Shown here piece by piece: positions 20,483 to 30,616 of a DNA stretch of 64,000 nt. The translations under genes were made by a program, and so were the position numbers. The notes under the pieces are model-generated. The model saw only the letters and a list, made by a program, of their open reading frames with translations, was not told the origin of the DNA and ran no database searches. Position 1 is the first letter of the stretch. Each line of letters starts with the position of its first letter. The DNA comes from an uncultured virus (IMG/VR IMGVR_UViG_3300025286_000007) (lineage: Duplodnaviria; Heunggongvirae; Uroviricota; Caudoviricetes): IMG/VR virus record IMGVR_UViG_3300025286_000007. One strand, written 5' to 3'.

Positions 20483-21423
20483 AGCATTCTGCAGAAGAAG
20501 TTATTGAAGATTTACTAAAAAGTACGAAGTTAAATTTTCATAGGGGGTCTGATGATTCTTTTTTATATAGTCGTATTCCGTTTGGTATACCATCCTTAGA
20601 TAAACTTACAGGTGGAGGAATACCTAAGAAGCGAATGACGATTTTATACGGCCCTACAAATGTGGGAAAGTCTTATTTAGCATCTCAAATTGTTGTTAAT
20701 GCTCAGAAAGCTGGTGGAACGGCTGCATGGATCGATACTGAACTCTCATGGGATAGTGTTTGGTACGCTAAATGTGGCGTAGATGTTAATAATATTCTAG
20801 TCTCACAGCCAGTAAATGGTGAAGAGGCTATGGATATGATCAGAGAATTAATGCAGGTGGGAGTCGATGTAATTGTTTTAGATAGTGTTGCAGGATTAGT
20901 TCCTACAGCAGTAGTTGAAGAAGAATTTTCGTATAATCCTATGGCATGGCAAGCCAGATTTGTAAATTCTGCTTTACCTAAACTATTACCTAATTTAAAG
21001 AAGGGATCGGCTTTTGTTGCTATTAACCAAGTTAGAAGTAGTATAGGCCCAGTAGCTCTAGATAATATGCCGGGAGGTCTAGCACAGTCTTTCTTTGCCC
21101 ATTTCTTATTACAAGTACGTAGGCATGGTTGGATTGAAGATAAAAATAAAGCTAAGGTGGGGTTTGATATGGAGATACGGTTGAGAAAGACTAAGGTTGG
21201 TGGAGAGAATTGGGATTCCGCTATAATTCCATTTAGAGTGGAAGGTGGAATAGATATTTTAGAAAGTTTTATTCGAGAAGGCATTGAAAAGAAAGTAATC
21301 TCTCAAGCTGGCCCATGGTACAGTTATAATGGAAAAAAGGCTATGGGTTTGAATGGGATTAAAACTTTGTTTACAGATACAGAAGAGCTTTTTGCTAAGT
21401 TAAAAGAGGATGTAGCAGTATGA
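20479..21423 (+). CDS. recA: RecA/UvsX-like recombinase
   Basis: LD..TGGGIP, GPTNVGKS, WIDTE, VLDSVAGL, INQVR. Confidence 0.92.
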   Translation: MKHSAEEVIEDLLKSTKLNFHRGSDDSFLYSRIPFGIPSLDKLTGGGIPKKRMTILYGPTNVGKSYLASQIVVNAQKAGGTAAWIDTELSWDSVWYAKCGVDVNNILVSQPVNGEEAMDMIRELMQVGVDVIVLDSVAGLVPTAVVEEEFSYNPMAWQARFVNSALPKLLPNLKKGSAFVAINQVRSSIGPVALDNMPGGLAQSFFAHFLLQVRRHGWIEDKNKAKVGFDMEIRLRKTKVGGENWDSAIIPFRVEGGIDILESFIREGIEKKVISQAGPWYSYNGKKAMGLNGIKTLFTDTEELFAKLKEDVAV

Positions 21424-21620
21424 GTGAAGACAACTATATATTAATTAGAAAAGAAAAAAATATGTGGATAGGATATCTAGAAGTAGCTTCAGTAGAAGAA
21501 CCTAGTTATACTGTACCGGTATTTAAGGTTAAAAAGGTTGAAGATGCTATATTACACGCTCAGAATTCTGATACAGAATATGGGTATAAATTTGAGGGGT
21601 TGAGTATAGATGCGTCTTAG
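21420..21620 (+). CDS. Hypothetical protein
   Basis: Overlapping operon packing. Confidence 0.55.
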   Translation: MSEDNYILIRKEKNMWIGYLEVASVEEPSYTVPVFKVKKVEDAILHAQNSDTEYGYKFEGLSIDAS

Positions 21621-21948
21621 AGATTACACTAGACAAGAAAATATAATTGCGGAATATTTATCTGAATTTGGAATACGTTATACGCAACAGTATGAATTTT
21701 TTCCTTATACCGTTGACTTTTATATTCCAGACCTCAAGATGGTTGTCGAGGCAGATGGAAAATATGGGCATTTTCAGAAACGAGAGGTTGGGCGAGATAG
21801 AGAGTTAGTTGATTGGTATGGAATAGAGTATGTTTTGCATATTAAAGAAACTACTAAAGAGGAGATTAAAAAGATATTATGGCAGGAATTAAACAAATTA
21901 ACAGAAAAGCGGTTAAATCGGTCAAAGCTCCCAGAAAACCTAGAGTAA
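21610..21948 (+). CDS. Vsr/DUF559-like endonuclease
   Basis: Q..F.PYTVDF...MVVEADG.YGH....RD. Confidence 0.75.
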   Translation: MRLRDYTRQENIIAEYLSEFGIRYTQQYEFFPYTVDFYIPDLKMVVEADGKYGHFQKREVGRDRELVDWYGIEYVLHIKETTKEEIKKILWQELNKLTEKRLNRSKLPENLE

Positions 21949-22574
21949 AGAATCAGGATACGTGGTTGCTTAAACACTTAGAAAGTAATTTAAAATATAC
22001 TAAGAAGTGGACAACTAAAGACATATTCTATCCTTCTATGTTAGGTAATCTATGTGATAGATATTTGTATTTGGCTTATAATGGAAAGTTAGGAGATCAG
22101 GTTATTGGAGCAAAGACAGCTAGGATTTTTGATCATGGTGGGTCACTAGAAGTTAGAATGAAGAAATACTTTGAGAGAACAGGAATCTTTCTTGCTTCAG
22201 AACAGTCAGTTAGAGTGAATAATCCCCCTATTTCAGGACGCTATGATTTTTTGTTAAAACATGAGGAATATGGAAGAGTAATATTAGAGTTGAAATCTAT
22301 TAATGATAAAGGTTTTAAAGCATTGATTGATATTCCTAAGCCTGAACATCTAATTCAGTTACAGATTTATTTAAACTTAGCTGGTGTGGAAAATGGTGTG
22401 GTGTTGTATGAGAACAAAAATGATCAGGAATTGAAAGCATTTAAAGTGTTTAAAAATGTAGATACATGGAATTTTATTTTAGAACGATGTATACGTATAC
22501 AATCTATGGTTTCTTTGAATATACCTACACAGTGTACTGGAGAATTTTTCTGTGGGTGTGGGGGTATAAAATAA
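21879..22574 (+). CDS. Cas4-like PD-(D/E)XK exonuclease
   Basis: YPS...CDR, SGRYD, ELKS, QLQIY, C-terminal Cys cluster. Confidence 0.8.
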   Translation: MAGIKQINRKAVKSVKAPRKPRVKNQDTWLLKHLESNLKYTKKWTTKDIFYPSMLGNLCDRYLYLAYNGKLGDQVIGAKTARIFDHGGSLEVRMKKYFERTGIFLASEQSVRVNNPPISGRYDFLLKHEEYGRVILELKSINDKGFKALIDIPKPEHLIQLQIYLNLAGVENGVVLYENKNDQELKAFKVFKNVDTWNFILERCIRIQSMVSLNIPTQCTGEFFCGCGGIK

Positions 22575-23089
22575 TGGAAACAAGGGAAACACAATGGACA
22601 CCTATAAAAGCATTAGGTAGGGCACAACAACAAATAGACGATTTAACTATTCCTCCTTTAGGTAAGGAGATTATTAAAGAGTATCAATTGAATTTTACTA
22701 ATCTTATGAATGAAGATAACCGTAAATTAGAGGAATATTTAACGGCGTATGGAGGTTATAAAGCATATCTAGAAACTCAGTTAGCTGATATATCCTCCAA
22801 GAAAAATGCATTAGAAGCAGCCTTTGATGAGGGCTATGCTACAGCTATTTTTCGTTTGGCTGAGGAACGAGAAGAGGGGGGTAAGAAGAAGCTAACTCGT
22901 GAAGAGGTACGAGGTGCAGCCATGTCTAAGTATGATCAGCTTAAAGAACTTAGGCGAGAAGTAATTGAACAAGATATTGTACATACTAGAGTGGCTGGTT
23001 TACTTAGTGCATATAAAGCAGCATATGACGCTGTTTCACGAATAGTGACTTTGAGGACATATGGAAATGATAATATCAAATATGGATAA
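22574..23089 (+). CDS. Helical recombination-mediator-like protein (UvsY-like, tentative)
   Basis: Likely start is ATG 22574 (TAATG overlap); coiled coil ending ..VSRIVTLR; located between nucleases. Confidence 0.45.
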   Translation: METRETQWTPIKALGRAQQQIDDLTIPPLGKEIIKEYQLNFTNLMNEDNRKLEEYLTAYGGYKAYLETQLADISSKKNALEAAFDEGYATAIFRLAEEREEGGKKKLTREEVRGAAMSKYDQLKELRREVIEQDIVHTRVAGLLSAYKAAYDAVSRIVTLRTYGNDNIKYG

Positions 23090-23600
23090 TATAGAAACCC
23101 CTATTTATGGAAATTTGTATATGGGCATAGATTGTTCAAGTAAAGCTATTCATAGCGTGTGGATAGATGAGCAGGAACGTCTTATAGCTCAATGTAAATG
23201 GGGGAGCAAAAAGAAAAATTTTGAGGAGAGATTCCTAGATTTTGGGCTAGATTTTTGGGAGTCACTTAGTAAAATAAAAGTAATACTGAATGAGAAAGTT
23301 ACAGTACAAGCTGCTGTTGAAGCAGCTATTTATATACAAAATCCTAAAGCAACTATAGCTATAGCATCAGTGTCTGGATTAGCTCGTTTTACGTGTTTTG
23401 TAAACGGATTTGATTGTGAATTCATTGATAATACCAAATGGAAAAGAGATATATTAGGTAAAGGAAACGCCTCTAAAGTAGAAATTAAAGAATTTGCCAT
23501 AGACAAATGGGGTGATGAGAAGTTTCCAGAACAGGACTTTGCTGATGCGGCTTGTATAGCATTATGTAAGAAAAGGAGGAATGAGAATGACAGGACTTAG
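23061..23600 (+). CDS. RuvC-like Holliday junction resolvase
   Basis: MGIDCSS, VE, WKR.ILGKGNASK, DFADAACIA. Confidence 0.8.
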   Translation: MEMIISNMDNIETPIYGNLYMGIDCSSKAIHSVWIDEQERLIAQCKWGSKKKNFEERFLDFGLDFWESLSKIKVILNEKVTVQAAVEAAIYIQNPKATIAIASVSGLARFTCFVNGFDCEFIDNTKWKRDILGKGNASKVEIKEFAIDKWGDEKFPEQDFADAACIALCKKRRNENDRT

Positions 23601-24054
23601 AAAGGTTAATGAAGGACAAATTAAAATTAGTTTTAATGCTCCAGTTGAACAAGAGCATAAAGAATATGAAGATCGTTTTCCAGATGATCTTCCCACAATA
23701 GAGGAGGTTAAAGAAAAATATGGGAAGGTCGTATGGTGTCAATATACTAAATGTCTGTATAATGAAACTATCCAAGGTTTACAGCGAACTACTGGAACGC
23801 TATTAAAGAATAAAACATATAAGCCTATCAATGAACAAGAAAATATATGGGCCAATATATGTACCAGAGATGAAATAGGGATTAGATTTGATACTGTGCT
23901 TACTGCTAACGGTTCTAAGATTAAGGTGCCGTCTTGTTTCACCGCCGTATCTGGCGTATCGGGGCATAAGGATTGGAGTAGTTTACTTCAGGGGGATGGA
24001 TCACCCCTTGGCGGTAATATTGAGTCGCAGAATAGTATAAATAGTGGTTATTAA
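23581..24054 (+). CDS. Hypothetical protein
   Basis: AGGAGG RBS. Confidence 0.7.
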   Translation: MRMTGLRKVNEGQIKISFNAPVEQEHKEYEDRFPDDLPTIEEVKEKYGKVVWCQYTKCLYNETIQGLQRTTGTLLKNKTYKPINEQENIWANICTRDEIGIRFDTVLTANGSKIKVPSCFTAVSGVSGHKDWSSLLQGDGSPLGGNIESQNSINSGY

Positions 24055-24074
24055 TAATATAGGAGTGTTAAAAG

Positions 24075-24584
24075 ATGCCTAAAAAGTTTCCAGAAAAAGT
24101 TAGATTAAGCGCAATGGAACTGTATTTGAAGGGAGATCAGCCCGCAAAGGATATAGCTGCAACTATTTCTAAGACTTATAAGGTTAATGTAACTCCTTCT
24201 ACTATTTATTCGTGGGCACGATCTGCAAACTGGAAGAATACGCAGGTTGAAGCCCGAACAGAGGCCATGATTGCTGTACAGGAAAGAGAAAGTGTTCGCT
24301 TTTCTAGACTTCAAGATGAGCATTTAGATACATATGAACGGATAAGGCATCAGGCAGCGCATGAATTAGGGAATTTAAATTATACAAGAGCTTTTGATGC
24401 AGCTAAAGCGGTTGATTTAGGTATTCAAGGAGAAAGAAAAGTTATGGAGGGTTTAATAAATCTCCAGTTTGTACAGGATATTTTAGGGGTGTTGGTAGAA
24501 GAGATTAATGATCAAGAAGTTCTTAAGCGGATTTCCTTAAGAATGAAAGGTTTGATGCAAAATAGGTCAGATAATGGCAATTAA
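24075..24584 (+). CDS. Terminase small subunit (HTH)
   Basis: N-terminal HTH (KDIAATIS...STIYSW); overlaps the terminase large subunit; TAGTATAAA upstream at 24033. Confidence 0.7.
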   Translation: MPKKFPEKVRLSAMELYLKGDQPAKDIAATISKTYKVNVTPSTIYSWARSANWKNTQVEARTEAMIAVQERESVRFSRLQDEHLDTYERIRHQAAHELGNLNYTRAFDAAKAVDLGIQGERKVMEGLINLQFVQDILGVLVEEINDQEVLKRISLRMKGLMQNRSDNGN

Positions 24585-26274
24585 AGATGGTGTAACTACT
24601 TTTGCAAAAGCATTTGATGTGTTAGCACAAGGATTGCAAACTTATCAGCATATACGGATGGGAAGTTTCTGGGAATTTTTAAGAGATGTATGGTCTCAGG
24701 GATTTGATCATCCAGAATATTTTCAAGCGTGGCATATCGGAATTTTAGCAGAAGATATTGAAAAAGCTTTGGAAGAGGGTAAACATTATGTTGCAGTATT
24801 GCCTCGCTTTCATTTTAAATCGACTATATTGGGTCATGCATTTAGTATTTGGCAAATATTACGATCAACCAGAAATTGTTCTATTTTATATTTATCATAC
24901 AGTGATGGAATGGCTAAATACCATATTAATGAGATTAATAAAACGATTGCGAGAAATTTTACATTAAAGGAGATGTTTGTAAGTAAAAATCCAAAAGCGG
25001 ATTTTTCTTTTAGATATACCGTAAATAATAAGCCAGTAGAGATTATGCATGGGGGTCTTTTTTCATTTAAAAGAGGTATGCACGTTAATGGCGCTTTAAT
25101 TGCGGATGACGTATTACGTGATCCAGAAAATCCGTTGAATCCTGCGCAGCTTACTAAAGTTGAAGATCATTTTTTAACAGAGAGTTTGTTTATTCCATTA
25201 AAAGATGTACCAATAATAGTACTGGGAACTCCTATGATGCCCGGTGATTTATTAACAAAATTACAACATGATGAGAGATTTAATAGTAGGGTTCTTCCCG
25301 CTCTTGATCCTACACCGACTCGTAGGGTACTTATGCCGGAATTATATAGTGAGAAGTGGTTATTACAACAGAAAGAAGCTAGACCTAAGTCATTTGCTTC
25401 AGAGTTTATGTTGATTCCGCATTTTTCAACGGAATCATATTTTGAAGCTGAGGATATAGAGAAGTGTGAAGATAAGACTTTAAGAAACTTACCTGCAACA
25501 AAGGCTTATGAACCTGATGGACATGAAGATATTTTTGCTGGGTTTGATGTGGGAAAGAAAAGACACCCATCGCATTTAGTTATCTTTAGGCAAGTAGGAT
25601 CAAAAGTTGAACAGCTACATCAATCATGGTTAGATGGCTGGTCTTATACTGATCAGATTGAATATTTGAATGAGGTTGCAAAAAATTTTAACATTTTAAG
25701 GGGGTATATTGATAATACAAGAGGTGAACTAGAAGATAGGGGTTTAGCCAAGTCGTGGTATCCTATACATTTCACAACGAAGTCTAAAAATACTATGGCA
25801 CAGATTTTTGAACAGTATGTTCATTCAGGAAATTTGGCTTTACTTAAAGATGAAAGACAAAGACAACAGATTTTATCGGTAAATAATGAATTAAAAGCTC
25901 CAGAAACACCTTTGGGACATGGAGATGCATTCTTTTCGATTGCTATGGCTCTTCAAGCTGTTTATGAAACCAGTAATGGTAAATATGTATCACTAGGAAG
26001 TTTAACTGATTGGCAAGCAGCACTTTCTCCAGATACAGAGACTAATGAAAAAGCTATAAATATATCCATTGCGGATAATGTACGTCGAAAAGCGACAGTG
26101 GCAGAAAACGCAGATGTAGAAACTTCAAGATTTACTTTATCTTGGTTTGCTAATGATAGTAACGAAGAGGTTCAAGCTCCGAATCCCCATTGTGAAGAGG
26201 CAGTATGTATGGAGTCGTTTTGGGTTCCAGAACGAGGTTTATGTCTATATTGTGGATACAGAAGAAAGAATTAA
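24574..26274 (+). CDS. terL: Terminase large subunit
   Basis: ATPase PRFHFKST, IADD, LGTP; nuclease AGFDVG, IDNT, HGDAF; C-terminal Cys finger. Confidence 0.88.
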   Translation: MAIKDGVTTFAKAFDVLAQGLQTYQHIRMGSFWEFLRDVWSQGFDHPEYFQAWHIGILAEDIEKALEEGKHYVAVLPRFHFKSTILGHAFSIWQILRSTRNCSILYLSYSDGMAKYHINEINKTIARNFTLKEMFVSKNPKADFSFRYTVNNKPVEIMHGGLFSFKRGMHVNGALIADDVLRDPENPLNPAQLTKVEDHFLTESLFIPLKDVPIIVLGTPMMPGDLLTKLQHDERFNSRVLPALDPTPTRRVLMPELYSEKWLLQQKEARPKSFASEFMLIPHFSTESYFEAEDIEKCEDKTLRNLPATKAYEPDGHEDIFAGFDVGKKRHPSHLVIFRQVGSKVEQLHQSWLDGWSYTDQIEYLNEVAKNFNILRGYIDNTRGELEDRGLAKSWYPIHFTTKSKNTMAQIFEQYVHSGNLALLKDERQRQQILSVNNELKAPETPLGHGDAFFSIAMALQAVYETSNGKYVSLGSLTDWQAALSPDTETNEKAINISIADNVRRKATVAENADVETSRFTLSWFANDSNEEVQAPNPHCEEAVCMESFWVPERGLCLYCGYRRKN

Positions 26275-26298
26275 ATATAATATTGGGGAGGAATATCA

Positions 26299-28185
26299 AT
26301 GATCACGGCGCAAGAACTTTTAGTTAAGTCCAATCCTGTTAGTATGCTATCAGAACAAGCGAAAATAGTATTGGGACACAGGTATTTTTTGAAGAATCAA
26401 GATAATACTATTATTGAAGATGGGGATGAACTTTTTAGGAGAGTCGCAAAAGCAATTTCTGTTATAGATATTGAGTATTATGCGTTGTCGGTTGAAGCAG
26501 AACTGTTAGAAAACGACTTTTTTACTATGATGAGTAAGTTAGAATTTCTTCCTAATTCACCAACATTAATGAATGCTGGAACAGAACAGGGCACATTATC
26601 GGCATGTTTTGTTTTGCCCTTGGACGATTCTATGCAAGATATTATGAAGGCTGCAACCGACACAGCTATGGTTCAGAAATTTGGGGGTGGTACTGGCTTC
26701 GCTTTGTCTCAGATTCGACCTCGTGGAGATAAGATAAAGACAACTCATGGCATGGCTTGTGGCCCTATAGAGGTATTAAAAACCCTGTCACGAGTATCTT
26801 CCATGATTACACAAGGGGGAAAAAGAGATGGGGCAAATATGGCGGTCATGTCGGTTTATCATCCCGACATTCTTAATTTTATTAGTTGTAAGTCTGTTGA
26901 AGGTGAAATTCATAATTTCAATATTTCCGTGGGCGTGGACTCAAGGTGGATGGACTATGTATTAACTAATAGTGAGTATCCGTTAATTAATCCTGCTACT
27001 AAGGAACTAGTTGGGTATTTAAATGCACGAGAAGTTTTTAACACTATAGTAGCTGGTGCATGGAAAAACGGTGAACCGGGTATGATTTTCTTAGATCAAG
27101 TTAATAAAGATAATCATGTTATTGATACTTATGGAGAAATGCTTGCTACAAATCCTTGTGGTGAACAACCTTTGTTAGGTAATGAGTCTTGTAATTTAGG
27201 GTCTCTAAATTTGGCTAAATTCTTTGAGCCTGAACCAATAAGTGGTGCATGGTATAATAAAATCAACTGGCGGACATTAGAAAAGGTAACTAGATTAGCA
27301 ACACACTTTTTGGATAATGTAATTGATGCTAATTATTATGCTACCCCTGATATTGAGGAGATGACTAAGGCTACTCGTAAGATTGGTCTTGGTGTTATGG
27401 GCTTTGCTGATTTACTTATTCAGATGAAGATTCCATATGACTCAGAGTTAGCACGAAAAGTTGGGCAGCGTGTAATGAAAGATATTAGAAAATGGTCTGA
27501 TAATGAATCCTTAAAATTAGGAGTATTACGAGGAACATTTCCTGCATGGAACAATAGTAATTATGATAAAATAACTGAAGCTTTTAGGAATCATTGTCGT
27601 TTGACAGTTGCTCCTACTGGAACTATTTCTATGATTGCTGATACTTCTAGCGGTATCGAGCCTACTTTTGCTTTGGCCTGGCAAAAGCAAAATATTCTCG
27701 AAGGTAAAACCTTGACTTATGTGAATAAGTATTTTGAAGTGGATGCTAGAAATTACGGTTTTTATTCTGAGGAATTAATGGGTTATCTAGCTGAAGGAGG
27801 TTCTCTCCAAGAGCGTAAAGATGTTCCTCAATGGATTAAGAAGGTTTATGTTACGGCCCCCGAGATTTCTCCTAGTAATCATGTTTTGATGCAAGCAGCA
27901 TTTCAGGAGTCTGTCGATTCAGGGATATCTAAAACAATTAATTTTGCAAATAGTGCGACTCATAAAGATGTTGAGGATGCATATATGTTAGCGTGGACTA
28001 CAGGATGTAAAGGCATTACTGTTTACAGGGCTGGTAGTAGAGATAAGGAAGTCTTAGTTAAAGGTAATCGTGATTCTATTTCTAATAAGATAGAGGAAGC
28101 TTGTTGTGAAAATCCGTACATTGTTATGGAATCTGGATGCCAAGTATGTAAGACTTGTGGATGGAGCGCATGTTTAGTAGCTTAA
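26299..28185 (+). CDS. nrdJ: Class II (B12-dependent) ribonucleotide reductase
   Basis: PNSPTLMNAG, SACFV, GGGTG, TNPCGEQ, CNLGS, APTGT, SKTIN; C-terminal Cys pairs; no beta subunit in the window. Confidence 0.93.
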   Translation: MITAQELLVKSNPVSMLSEQAKIVLGHRYFLKNQDNTIIEDGDELFRRVAKAISVIDIEYYALSVEAELLENDFFTMMSKLEFLPNSPTLMNAGTEQGTLSACFVLPLDDSMQDIMKAATDTAMVQKFGGGTGFALSQIRPRGDKIKTTHGMACGPIEVLKTLSRVSSMITQGGKRDGANMAVMSVYHPDILNFISCKSVEGEIHNFNISVGVDSRWMDYVLTNSEYPLINPATKELVGYLNAREVFNTIVAGAWKNGEPGMIFLDQVNKDNHVIDTYGEMLATNPCGEQPLLGNESCNLGSLNLAKFFEPEPISGAWYNKINWRTLEKVTRLATHFLDNVIDANYYATPDIEEMTKATRKIGLGVMGFADLLIQMKIPYDSELARKVGQRVMKDIRKWSDNESLKLGVLRGTFPAWNNSNYDKITEAFRNHCRLTVAPTGTISMIADTSSGIEPTFALAWQKQNILEGKTLTYVNKYFEVDARNYGFYSEELMGYLAEGGSLQERKDVPQWIKKVYVTAPEISPSNHVLMQAAFQESVDSGISKTINFANSATHKDVEDAYMLAWTTGCKGITVYRAGSRDKEVLVKGNRDSISNKIEEACCENPYIVMESGCQVCKTCGWSACLVA

Positions 28186-28187
28186 TA

Positions 28188-28196
28188 TAGTATAAT
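28188..28196 (+). promoter_or_regulatory. Putative late promoter TAGTATAAT
   Basis: Recurrent motif, intergenic. Confidence 0.6.
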
Positions 28197-28240
28197 ATAT
28201 TAGAGGCTGTATCTATACAACTAGCTAGGAGGTAAAAATT

Positions 28241-29539
28241 ATGCGTAAATGGCTTCAGAAGTTGTTTAATTGGAAAGCTATAGCAACAGGTTTGCGAAGA
28301 ACTGTAGGTACTTTATCCTTGCTTATAGGTCTTGTAGTTTTAGTAGCGGTCTTTTTTAACCCTATGCCTTTAGTGGCTCCATTATTTCCCCTCTATATAG
28401 AAGGGTGGTTGTATATTGATCAGACTTATGTTCAGAATTTACTTACTATTCTTTGGACACAGTTAGTGATTTCTGTTAGCATCTCTTCTGTAGTCCTATT
28501 ATTGGGAGTGATAACACTTAGGAAAGGCTTCAAAACAGGCATCTTAGCGTTTTGGCGAGGTTTAAAAACTTCCCCAAGAGCGACGTTGGAAGCACCAGTA
28601 CGTATATACCGTAGGATTAATATTTGGCGTGATTGGCTCCTAGCAAAAATAGATTATCTGCAAACAGAAAGTATGAAGTGGAAACGAACTTTCCAAGTGA
28701 TGAAGAGTCCCTACAGTTTGTTAAGGGCCATGGGGTTTAGTCCACAAATGGCGGTGGGTCTTTTGTTTGCTGGTTCAGCGGTTGGGGGTGGTGTCGTGGT
28801 AAACGAAACAGTGTTTTCTGAAAGGTCGTTTACCCGTGGAGATAGTGGTATTTATGCGGCATCGGTTATAGGAGAAAATGCTAACTTAGACATTCCTACA
28901 TCCTACATTGAAGGGTCAAACACGTTAAGGATCGACTTAGGTAGTACACCTGTTCGGGAAATTACCATAGAGAATGTGTCGGTAGGTACGGTTTTCACAG
29001 GGTCTGCATTACCATCTGGAGAGGCCAATGTGGTGCAGGTATCGGGTAATGTCGTGTCTGGTGGAACAAACACACGGCTTGAAGTAGGACATTTTATACT
29101 TGAAAATTCTCGTTGTAAAAAGTTAACTCTTACTGATATACAGGCTCATACTCTTATAGTGCGTGGAAATGCTAGTGATGGTCAAAGTTTGGCCCCATCA
29201 CCCGGAACTTCTAGAATGAGGGCCATAGGAGGGGGGCATCAACAGGCCGATGCAATGGTCACTAATGGTGGCACTTATGACCGTATCTGGATACAGGCTC
29301 CTGCAAGCGGTGTTAATGGTAAAATAGGTACTTTAAAACTGTCTAATTTATACACAAAGGGTGGTGATTGTGTCATCTCAAAAATGAATGTGGGAACTAT
29401 GGAGATTGTCTTAAACGAGATAGGTATGGGTAATGGATTTGCAACTAAAGAATTTACGATTGCAACAAGTGTCACGGCTGCTAATATAACAATGGAAGAC
29501 AATGTTGAAGTAACTATAGCTGAACCTGCAACATCATAA
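28241..29539 (+). CDS. Membrane protein with about 3 TM segments and a beta-rich C-terminal domain, function unknown
   Basis: AGGAGG RBS; hydrophobic stretches, then a G/T/V/N-rich domain. Confidence 0.7.
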   Translation: MRKWLQKLFNWKAIATGLRRTVGTLSLLIGLVVLVAVFFNPMPLVAPLFPLYIEGWLYIDQTYVQNLLTILWTQLVISVSISSVVLLLGVITLRKGFKTGILAFWRGLKTSPRATLEAPVRIYRRINIWRDWLLAKIDYLQTESMKWKRTFQVMKSPYSLLRAMGFSPQMAVGLLFAGSAVGGGVVVNETVFSERSFTRGDSGIYAASVIGENANLDIPTSYIEGSNTLRIDLGSTPVREITIENVSVGTVFTGSALPSGEANVVQVSGNVVSGGTNTRLEVGHFILENSRCKKLTLTDIQAHTLIVRGNASDGQSLAPSPGTSRMRAIGGGHQQADAMVTNGGTYDRIWIQAPASGVNGKIGTLKLSNLYTKGGDCVISKMNVGTMEIVLNEIGMGNGFATKEFTIATSVTAANITMEDNVEVTIAEPATS

Positions 29540-29546
29540 GGAAACC

Positions 29547-29927
29547 ATGTTCGAGTACAGAAGTAATTTGATAAAAATTATAGATGGTGATACAATAGAT
29601 GTAGACCTTGATCTGGGTTTTGCAGTTATCTTAAAGAAACAACGGATTCGCCTTTACGGAATTAATACTCCAGAGTCAAGGACACGAGACTTAGAAGAAA
29701 AACGATATGGATTAGCAGCGAAAGCAAGATTAAGAGAATTGTTAGAAGATGCGGATACGATTACAGTTAAAACAGCAATTGATAAAAAAGCGAGAGGAAA
29801 ATATGGTCGTATCTTAGGCACGATTTATGCTGATGATATTAATGTTAATGAAAAATTGCTTGAAGAAGGTCATGCAATTGAGTATTTTGGAGGAAAGAAA
29901 CAAACTAATAAATGGTGGAGGGAGTAA
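29547..29927 (+). CDS. Thermonuclease (SNase)-family nuclease
   Basis: IDGDTID.D.DLGF, RIRLYGINTPE, KYGRIL. Confidence 0.88.
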   Translation: MFEYRSNLIKIIDGDTIDVDLDLGFAVILKKQRIRLYGINTPESRTRDLEEKRYGLAAKARLRELLEDADTITVKTAIDKKARGKYGRILGTIYADDINVNEKLLEEGHAIEYFGGKKQTNKWWRE

Positions 29928-29930
29928 ATT

Positions 29931-30173
29931 ATGGCAGCAGTAACGGTATATACATCATTTGGTTGAGGCCCATGCATAATGGCCAAGTCTTGGTTAAATA
30001 AAAATAATGTATCTTTCACAGAAAAAAATGTTGGACAAGCAGGTGTAATAGATGAATTAATGGCGTTAGGATATCACGGAAGTACTCCAGTGATTATGGT
30101 AGACGAAACAGTAATAGTTGGATATAGTCCAAGTAAATTATCGGAAGTGTTAAAGATAAAGGCAAGTTTTTAG
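29931..30173 (+). CDS. Selenocysteine-containing glutaredoxin/NrdH-like redoxin (UxxC), 80 aa
   Basis: GGAG RBS and ATG 29931; MAAVTVYTSFG-TGA(29964-66)-GPC in frame with ORF 29979; STPVIMVD cis-Pro motif; SECIS-like hairpin downstream. Confidence 0.85.
29980..29996 (+). promoter_or_regulatory. Putative bacterial SECIS hairpin
   Basis: UGGCCA-AGUCU-UGGUUA; apical GU 21-22 nt after the UGA. Confidence 0.65.
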
Positions 30174-30188
30174 ATAGGAGGAAATTAG

Positions 30189-30614
30189 ATGACACTAGGA
30201 AATATTTTAAGAGAACGAGATGTACAGTATACAGCACTTAAAGATGAGGTTACCAATACATGGAGAATTTTAAACACATGGCATGATGAGTTGAAGAACT
30301 TAAGTCCTGATGACGACATTCCTGATGATAGTAAAGCAGTAACAATCTTAACTGAAGGAGGGTTTTTAGCGTTGATTCGAGAGGCGGCACGATTAGGAGT
30401 GTTAGATAACGTGTCTTTTACTGATAGTACAGGGGAGGGATATGAAGAAGAGCGTCAAGAAATGCAGGATAAAATAGTAAAATATGAAAAAGAGGTGGCT
30501 TCATTACAAGTTCGTCATAATGAAAGTGAATCCTTTAGATTGAAAGAAAAGGCGTTAGGAGCGATTCTTAAATTAGCAGCTATGTCCGATGCGACCTTAT
30601 TGAGTGAGGAATAA
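30189..30614 (+). CDS. Hypothetical protein
   Basis: AGGAGG RBS. Confidence 0.75.
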   Translation: MTLGNILRERDVQYTALKDEVTNTWRILNTWHDELKNLSPDDDIPDDSKAVTILTEGGFLALIREAARLGVLDNVSFTDSTGEGYEEERQEMQDKIVKYEKEVASLQVRHNESESFRLKEKALGAILKLAAMSDATLLSEE

Positions 30615-30616
30615 AT

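Noticed and set aside
21879..22574. Cas4-like gene as a sign of a CRISPR-Cas system
   Set aside because: No repeat-spacer array or other cas genes seen; it sits in a recombination operon, as is usual for phage Cas4-like nucleases
26299..28185. Intein or intron in RNR, terminase or helicase
   Set aside because: Lengths are normal and no splicing motifs are visible
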